DNA from: Octopus vulgaris | Taxonomy: Eukaryota | Assembly: GCA_951406725.2 (NCBI GenBank) | Contig: OX597824.1 | Location: forward strand, 24,738,001 to 24,802,000 | Length of the DNA stretch: 64,000 nucleotides | Reading direction: 5' to 3' | Part shown: piece by piece, positions 56,160-64,000 of the stretch | Layout: the number at the start of each line of letters is the position of its first letter | Numbering within the stretch: the stretch's first letter is position 1 | The notes under the pieces: model-generated | What the model was told of the DNA's origin: nothing | Database searches by the model: none | Seen by the model: only the letters and a program-made list of their open reading frames with translations | Position numbers and translations under genes: made by a program

Positions 56160-56857
56160 AGTCAAGAGAAATAACCCATTCGCCCAGATTTTAACAGCCA
56201 AAGGAAATAACCTATTCATTTTCCTAAATCATTTGGTATAAATCAAATTGAATATGCTTATTTCTTAGTATTTGAACTGTTAGAGATATTTTCGCAATTT
56301 ATCCAGTACAATCCCTAAACAAGTAAATAGTATTTTTCTAAACAATAGATCCACTTATTTCGGTTAGTGACTTATTCACGAATATACCAGCACTAGCGCA
56401 ACTGAGGGTAATATTCTCTGGGAACGAACAAAAGCCCTTTTCAGAGTTATTTACTTTGAATTGTTATTAACTCCTCATATCTGATTAGCCTGTTATTACG
56501 TAACATGCTTCACGATTTTAGTATACATACCTTATTAGTATTTCCACCTAAGTTCTATATACTCTGGGAACGCATCAAAGCCCTTTTCGGGGCTACTTTA
56601 TTTGAATTTTTACTATCGAGTAACTAATTTCATATTATTACATAACTGACTTCACAATTTGGGTATTCATAACTTATTGGGAATTCCTATAAACAAGATC
56701 CTGTGTAAAACATTTCGGTATTCTCTGTAAATGCACCAAAAACCGTTTTAAGGGCTATATACTTTGTATTGTTGTTATTGGATTAGCGAAACAATTATGA
56801 GAACGGAACCAAAGGATAAGCCCTTCTTTCCCGGGAATTACCGGGTACGTCAGCTAG
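56160..56857 (+). mobile_element. Non-autonomous Helitron-like element with internal ~150-bp tandem repeats
   Basis: 3' hairpin CCCGG-GAATTA-CCGGG followed by TACGTCAG-CTAG (ends 56857); three diverged units at ~56412, 56560 and 56719. The 5' boundary is uncertain. Confidence 0.65.
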
Positions 56858-57298
56858 CACAATATGAATAGAAAAATGTAGGCTACAAAGCAACGAACTA
56901 TAAATGATCCTTGTCTTGTCTCATTGATTTTGAATAAAATCTTTCAATTCGCTGGATCGCTGGCATCCGTAACATTGCATAGTTTTAATTGTAAACCCAA
57001 CAACAATTTCAGACACCTGGTGTTTGCATTTAGCGGAAGTTTTCATAGGAATGTTTAGCTAATATCTATGTATCTCCTGTAACGCTCACAAGTACTGATA
57101 ATATGAAATCCAAGTACAACCTGCTTGGAAGATCGGATCGTCGGCGACTAAACCGGTACCTCCAATAAGCTAGCCTGGTGAGGAGAATTCCTAAAATCCC
57201 AGCAGTGTGTGTGTGTGTGTGTGTGTGCGCGAGATGGTTTTTGATAAGCAGAGTCGACTTTTACAATTCTGTAAATAATAATAATAATAGTATCTTAT

Positions 57299-57622
57299 AA
57301 GCTTAAAGCTTATAAGCAATCACCGTGCAATGATTAAAGAAAATAATTTAAATAACTGGGCATATAAACCGTCGGCGGAAAAAAGTAGGTCTTCCCGTAC
57401 GCGTGGGAGTCGAACCCACATCACTTTGTTTTCGCGACAAGAGTGTTAACTAAGGTTGTAGGTTGGTATAAATGCTTAGCACACTTGTCGCGAAAACAAA
57501 GAGAAGAGGGTTCGAGTCCCTCGCCCACGGGAAAACCTACTTCTTTCCGTCGAGGGCTTATATGCTCTATTAGATTATTTTCTTCAGTCATTGCACGGTG
57601 ATCGCTTATAAGCTTTAAGCTT
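57299..57622. mobile_element. Diverged palindromic element with two outward-facing tRNA-like B boxes
   Basis: ~150-bp inverted arms; GGTTCGAGTCCC (57509-57520 plus) and GGTTCGACTCCC (57405-57416 minus); AAGCTT repeats at the termini. Confidence 0.75.
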
Positions 57623-57652
57623 TAAAAATACTATTGTGTGTATGTGTGTGTG

Positions 57653-57731
<79 letters not shown>

Positions 57732-57747
57732 TGATTGATTGATTGAT

Positions 57748-57810
<63 letters not shown>

Positions 57811-57831
57811 CAGACATAGATAAACAGACAA

Positions 57832-57865
<34 letters not shown>

Positions 57866-57866
57866 T

Positions 57867-57898
<32 letters not shown>

Positions 57899-57913
57899 TA
57901 GATAAACAGACAA

Positions 57914-57980
<67 letters not shown>

Positions 57981-58969
57981 TGTTTCTTTATTAGCCACAC
58001 AGGGCTGCACACAGATAGAACAAATTACAAGGTAGAGCTTTTCTTTTGAAGGTTTAAAAAAAAAAAAGGAAGGGGGAGTTTCGATCAAAAGGGATCGTAA
58101 AAGGAGAGAAAGAGGACAAAAAAAAGGGGGTTAAAAAAAGGGGGAGAGGAAAAAAAAAATTGATCAATAGGGATCGTTATCACAGAAATGTCAATATGAA
58201 GTGTAAAGGGGAGGACAGGTGAGGTTTACCCGTAGAAAGAAAAGCCTACGGAAAAGACCACGGTAACCTCGGTCAATGGAGTCACATGTTATATTTCTTT
58301 TTTTTTTTTTTTTTTTGCAAATAAGCAACTCTCTGTTTTCAATTTCTGGGTTCATAGGATCATGCTCAAGGTGGCTTCGTCATTCATACGTGCCATTCTT
58401 GCTACATTCACCCATCTTTTTTTAAAACATTCGCTAGACAAAACTTGCCTCTCTACTCTCACTTTCCTTTTCAAGTGGTACTTGAAGAAGTTGATGAGAG
58501 ATTGACCAGAGAGGAAAGTGTTTGTCTCCAATCCTTTCAGACGCGTCCACCAGATACATTCTTTCGCCATAGCCACAAGGATGATGAAAATAGCTCTTCC
58601 TTCCCGTTTGAAGGAGGGAGGCGTGACAATATTAACGATAGACTCAGCTGATAAACCGACTCGTCCCACACGTGACAGCAGTTGTTCGACACAAGCCCAC
58701 AGGTCGGAAATTGTTGGACACTGCACGAGTGCGTGCAGAACGGTTTCGTCGCTCTGACCGCATCTCGGGCAGGTCGGCCCCGTGTTTCTCGAGCCGTGTC
58801 TGTAGAGCTTATCCCGAACGGGTAGCGCTTCTCGGTAGCACTGCCAGGCCAGGGATCTCTGGAAGTTGTCCATGGGCCCTGGCCCGAAAGTCGTCCTGAA
58901 CAGGCGGGTCAGGTACTCCTCGTCGACGTCCAGGTTCGCCCCGAGCTCGTCGTCGTACCTCCCCTCCAT

Positions 58970-58970
<1 letters not shown>
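57981..58970 (-). mobile_element. 5'-truncated Tx1/L1-type LINE inside a (GATA)n array
   Basis: Open ORF2 C-terminus plus a T-rich 3' UTR ending GCCCTGTGTGGCTAATAAAGAAACA; (GATA)n on both sides (57655-57980 and 58971-59184). Confidence 0.9.
58352..58968 (-). CDS. LINE ORF2 C-terminal zinc-binding (zf-RVT-like) region, truncated
   Basis: Uninterrupted ~205 aa: [16 protein letters not shown]...[19 protein letters not shown]...LW...AKECIWWTR. Confidence 0.85.
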
Positions 58971-59033
<63 letters not shown>

Positions 59034-59093
59034 CAGACAGACATAGATAAACAGACAAATAGATAGATAGATAGATAGATAGATAGATTGATT

Positions 59094-59187
<94 letters not shown>

Positions 59188-60059
59188 TAACCATGGTATA
59201 AGATGTAAGGCACTCCACTGAATGAATCGAAAACAATCAGCTATTTCAAAGATAAAACAAGTGAAACAGGTTATGTATGCCGTAACCAATAAGCAGAAAA
59301 GAAGGCAACCAGTAAACCACACCAAATGAATAAATAATGAACAAATTAAGAATGTGAGCTTAATGGAAAGTATTTGATCAAATCAAAAGGTGATTACACA
59401 AACGTAATGCAGGGACAAAATTAGTACTTAAAAGACAAACGGAAAACAGTATTTAGAAGAATAATGAGGAAAAAAAAATGCCATCTGAAAGACGATGTAA
59501 GGATCTAGTTTGTTTTTGTTCATTAGTGCAGTCGATCCATGAAAAGAAACTAGAACAGCCAACAAATAGAAAAATGGAACGACGACAACCATTTAACAAC
59601 CTTGATAAAACAGTTTCACAATGCCAGCAATTTTAGGGGAAGGGTTTTTTTCTGGTATTTATTATACCGAATCTGAAAGGTAAAGTCGACCTCGGAAGAA
59701 TTTCAACACAGAATGCTAAGAGACCGAAGAAACGCCGCTGAACACTTCGTTCGGCGTGCTAACGATTCTTCCAGCTCAATGGAAACGGTAGCCGTAAACA
59801 CAAGTTCAGATTCTAAAGGAAGAGAGTTCTCGCCTGAAGAACGCAGATGCGTGAAACCCAAGTTGCGAGAAAATATATTCATTTTAAATAAAGCAATATG
59901 CTGTACTTATTTCATAAGTACTCTCACTCTCTTTTAGTCACAAATTGTAGCATTTTAATATAAACGCACGCATGCGCGAGCAAACATACAGGCTTATATA
60001 CATGTTTACACACACACATTATATATATGTGTGTGCGTGTGTGTGTGATTGACCGCTAG

Positions 60060-60452
60060 CTACTGAAGCTTTCTTTTTTTTTCTCATGTTCCTTTCTGTT
60101 AAAGAGCGTAGGCTCGAAACATAAAAGACTTTCTCATCTTCCTGAGCGTTAAACTAATACACCTGTTTATTGTATACAGATCTGTCTTCGTCTTTTGTTT
60201 TTTTGTAAATTCCAACTATATATATGTGTGTGTGTATATGTATATATATATATAATAATAATATTAGGGAATAAATCCAAACTTACAGGGAAAAATGAGA
60301 TTTAGGATTAAATCCAATTTTATAGTATAAATATATGTATATATTAAATTAGAGATAAAACCACTATTAGGCAAATCAAACAGTGAAAAACATAAGCCAA
60401 TTGTCTTATGTTTTTCACTGTTTGATTTGCCTAATAGTGGTTTTATCTCTAA

Positions 60453-60498
<46 letters not shown>

Positions 60499-60660
60499 AG
60501 AATTCACAAAAGAACAAAAGACGAAGAAACAGAGAAGTGAAAAAGTCTTTAACTTCTCTCTGGAGAAGTAAAAAAGTCTTTAACGTTTCGAGCCTACGCT
60601 CTTCCACAGAAAGGAACACAGCAAGAAACTAGGAGGGAAAATAAAGTATGTATAGTGGCT
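60060..60660. mobile_element. Inverted pair of family P1 hammerhead-like elements (60060-60220 plus; 60495-60660 minus) enclosing a P5 fold-back (60253-60462)
   Basis: CTTT-CTGTTAA-AGAGCGTAGGCTC-GAAAC (plus) and CTTT-CTGTGGA-AGAGCGTAGGCTC-GAAACGTT-AAAG (minus); ~58-bp perfect arms at 60339-60462. Confidence 0.8.
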
Positions 60661-60893
60661 AGAGAAAACAGAGTAAGAACAACCAGAGTAGGAAGAAACG
60701 ACAATAGAAAAAAGCAGAAAGTACAAAAATGTTTAGAAAGTATTTAAAAGTTACGAAAAGTTCAAAAGGTTCAAAAGCTTCGAATGTCGTGGTGTATTGG
60801 AGTGATTTTTTTATCAACCGATGAGTTCAGTGTAATCCATAGGCAGGAGAAGTGCAGCTGAAGTGTACGATAGTAGAAAGTCCACGTACATAT

Positions 60894-60960
<67 letters not shown>

Positions 60961-61177
60961 GTATATAAATTAGAGAAGAACCACCATGAAGCAATTCAAC
61001 AATGATATACTTAAATCATACTATATAGAAAAAATTAAAGGTACGATAAAACATTTACCTAAAACTAAATATATACCTGTATTATATATACATTGTGAAA
61101 TTTGATTTAGTATTACTAAATTGAATTTTTCCCTATAAGTTTAGAATCATATACACTATTATTATTATTATCATTAC

Positions 61178-61232
<55 letters not shown>

Positions 61233-61603
61233 TATATCACCCATCACTTTTTTCCTATAACTACATGACCAAGTGAATTCTTCCTTTTCTTTTTCTTTTT
61301 TTTTTTGTCGTTTGGAAGAAGAAAAATGGGGCGATAATAAGGTGACCAAAACGGGGCAGTCGATGTAAAAAAAAAAAGACAAAGAATATAAAGGGTTAAG
61401 TTACGATTTATATGTAAAATACTATTGCTTTAAATTTGCTGCGGAAAATGGTCAATGTATGTGATGGTGAGGTGGGGCGGGGGTACAACAAAAAATGGCC
61501 TTAGGTTTGGGAACCACTGTGCTAGACGACAGGCCGTGTGGATAACACCTCGTTACTTCGATTTTCTTTTTCTTTAAAACATTCTGCCCTTCTGCTCTAG
61601 TGA

Positions 61604-61812
61604 GGTCGGCGAGCTAGCGGAACCATTAGCGCATCGAACAAAATGCCTACCGACATATATACTGGCTCTTAGTGTTCTAGGTTCAATATTCCACCAAGAC
61701 TGACTTTGCTTTGCATCTTTTCGAATTCGAAGTACCAGGGAAGGATGGGGGTTCACGGAATCGACTAACATCCTACCACTAAAACTTTGGGAATTGTTCC
61801 AAAGATTTGAAA
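61604..61812 (+). mobile_element. Old SINE family C copy
   Basis: GGCGAGCTAGCGGAACCATTAGC head, GACTTTGCTTTGCATCTTTTCG and AAGTACCAG. Confidence 0.65.
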
Positions 61813-62167
61813 CCCATATTACGTTGTGACTCTCTTAGCTCAAATCCCCGTCGAATTTATCTTCGCTTTTCATTATTTTAATATCGTTAAATCAAATGAC
61901 TACTTTATATTGAACATTCCCTCTCCATACCATCACACTAAAACGAATTTCTGATCTCGTGCCTAAGATAAAAACCATTACTGCTTTCACTGAGGGGCAG
62001 TGTGAAACGTCAAATGACATTTTCGCGGGCTATGAGTAACAGGAGTTTAAAAAGATATATCTGTATGGGGATGTGGGATAAAGAGGGTGTAAATTTCTGT
62101 TTGATAAGAACCCTATAAATAGCCAGACCCACAAGACAGATGTTTCTTGAAATTATGACTTTGAATA

Positions 62168-62227
<60 letters not shown>

Positions 62228-62351
62228 GGTATATATATATATGTATGTATGTATATATATACATGAGTACGTATATGCATGCAGGCATGCATGCGTACAT
62301 ACATATACATATGCGTGTGTGTTCCTTCGTGCGCATGCACAGACACACACG

Positions 62352-62383
<32 letters not shown>

Positions 62384-62571
62384 TGTATGTATGTATGCAT
62401 GTAAGTATATATGTATGTGTGAATGTATGTAATCATGCATGTATATACGTACGTACGCATGCATATATGTATATCTGTATATCTATAAATACATAGATAG
62501 ATATTTAATCACACACACACATACATTCATACACACACATACACATATACATATATATATGTATAAATATC

Positions 62572-62634
<63 letters not shown>

Positions 62635-62960
62635 GTATGTGTGTCTGTGTGTTTGTGTGTGTGTGTGCTGCATGTATGCATTTATGTATGTATATATGTG
62701 TTCTGTGTGCGTGTACGTATGTTTCGTACGTTCATATGTGTTTTGCCCCCGGGTTTTAAAAAGAGGTGGGAAAGTGGGATAAAGCCCATATCTTCAACGA
62801 AATCAAATATCTAATTTTATCAATTTATTCCCAAAAATAAATTCTGAAACGAGTTTAATTGATGTATGTATTACTATCTAAACTTAGCTAGTGAAAATTC
62901 TTCACGCAGGACTTAATACCTCCTTTCAATGTAGCTACGTATGAAAGCCTGGGTGTATCT

Positions 62961-63006
<46 letters not shown>

Positions 63007-63441
63007 GGCTCTGCGTGGGGGGCTGGATGTCTGTATGTAGGAGTGAGGTGTCTGTGCGTTCGTATATATCTATATATCTTTATAAATATGATGAGTAAAA
63101 TGTGGTGCGAATGAACGAAACGTTTACGTTACGTGTGTGGATGCGAATATAAGCTAAATTCACTTACGTGTGTGCTTGTGGGGTGGGGGGGTGGGGTGGG
63201 GGTCTGGAGCATTAGGGTAAGAAGGATAGGAGGATTGGATGGGAGCGCCCTTATTTATATTTCCACGTCTTTTACACCTAAACTTGGCAGAAAGGGAAAG
63301 CATATTTATGTAACCGTAAAAAATATTACTATTAAATATCTTAATTGCGTTCTTGCTTTAAATATGTGTGTGCGCATTTGTGTGTGTGAGTACGTGTATG
63401 TGTATGTGCGTATATGTATGTATGTATTTATGGATATATGT

Positions 63442-63478
<37 letters not shown>

Positions 63479-63568
63479 AATGGCTTCATTTTTTTTATAA
63501 TTAAGATCTAAACTGTTAATATATTAATGCGAAAGAGAGTTGAATAACTGTAAACTTACTTTTGGGTC

Positions 63569-63643
<75 letters not shown>

Positions 63644-63724
63644 CGTCTGTTTTTTTGTGTCGTCTCTTTGTGTGTTTTTGCGGTCTTGTCCCACTTTGTA
63701 ATTTATAATTTATATTTAATTTCT

Positions 63725-63762
<38 letters not shown>

Positions 63763-63838
63763 CGGTAAGCTTTATGAAAATAGACAAAAGACGAAGGCAG
63801 ATTTACGGAAATAAACAAAAGACGAAGGCTGGTGGAAT

Positions 63839-63882
<44 letters not shown>

Positions 63883-64000
63883 TGATAAAAATGGTAAGAC
63901 AACAAAAGAATGAAAGAGATCTCGATATTATGTAAATAGAGGAATTTATCTGTAAATGTAATATGTGACAATTATTCGGTACCCATGATAAAACTCCGAG

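Overview
This is AT-rich, microsatellite-saturated eukaryotic DNA. The repeat repertoire (tRNA-derived SINEs, Penelope-like remnants, long AT/AC/ATAC/GATA arrays) suggests an octopod cephalopod; that is an inference. I can support no intact host protein-coding gene, and almost all listed ORFs are microsatellite or SINE artefacts. The window holds about 40 copies or fragments of four tRNA-derived SINE families (called A-D here). It also holds 5'-truncated LINEs of four clades (Tx1/L1, R4/Dong-like RLE, RTE, CR1), a Penelope GIY-YIG fragment, a deleted mariner, a Tc1 left end, hAT- and Merlin-like MITEs, and Helitron pieces. Five observations stand out. (1) At least three families of short (AT)n-embedded elements carry minimal type I hammerhead ribozyme motifs and often form fold-back palindromes. 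(2) SINE heads are shuffled with different tails, and two tails match LINE 3' ends present in this window. (3) Family C SINE multimers share one identical junction at independent loci. (4) Two LINEs sit inside tetranucleotide microsatellites. (5) One palindrome carries two outward-facing tRNA-like Pol III heads.
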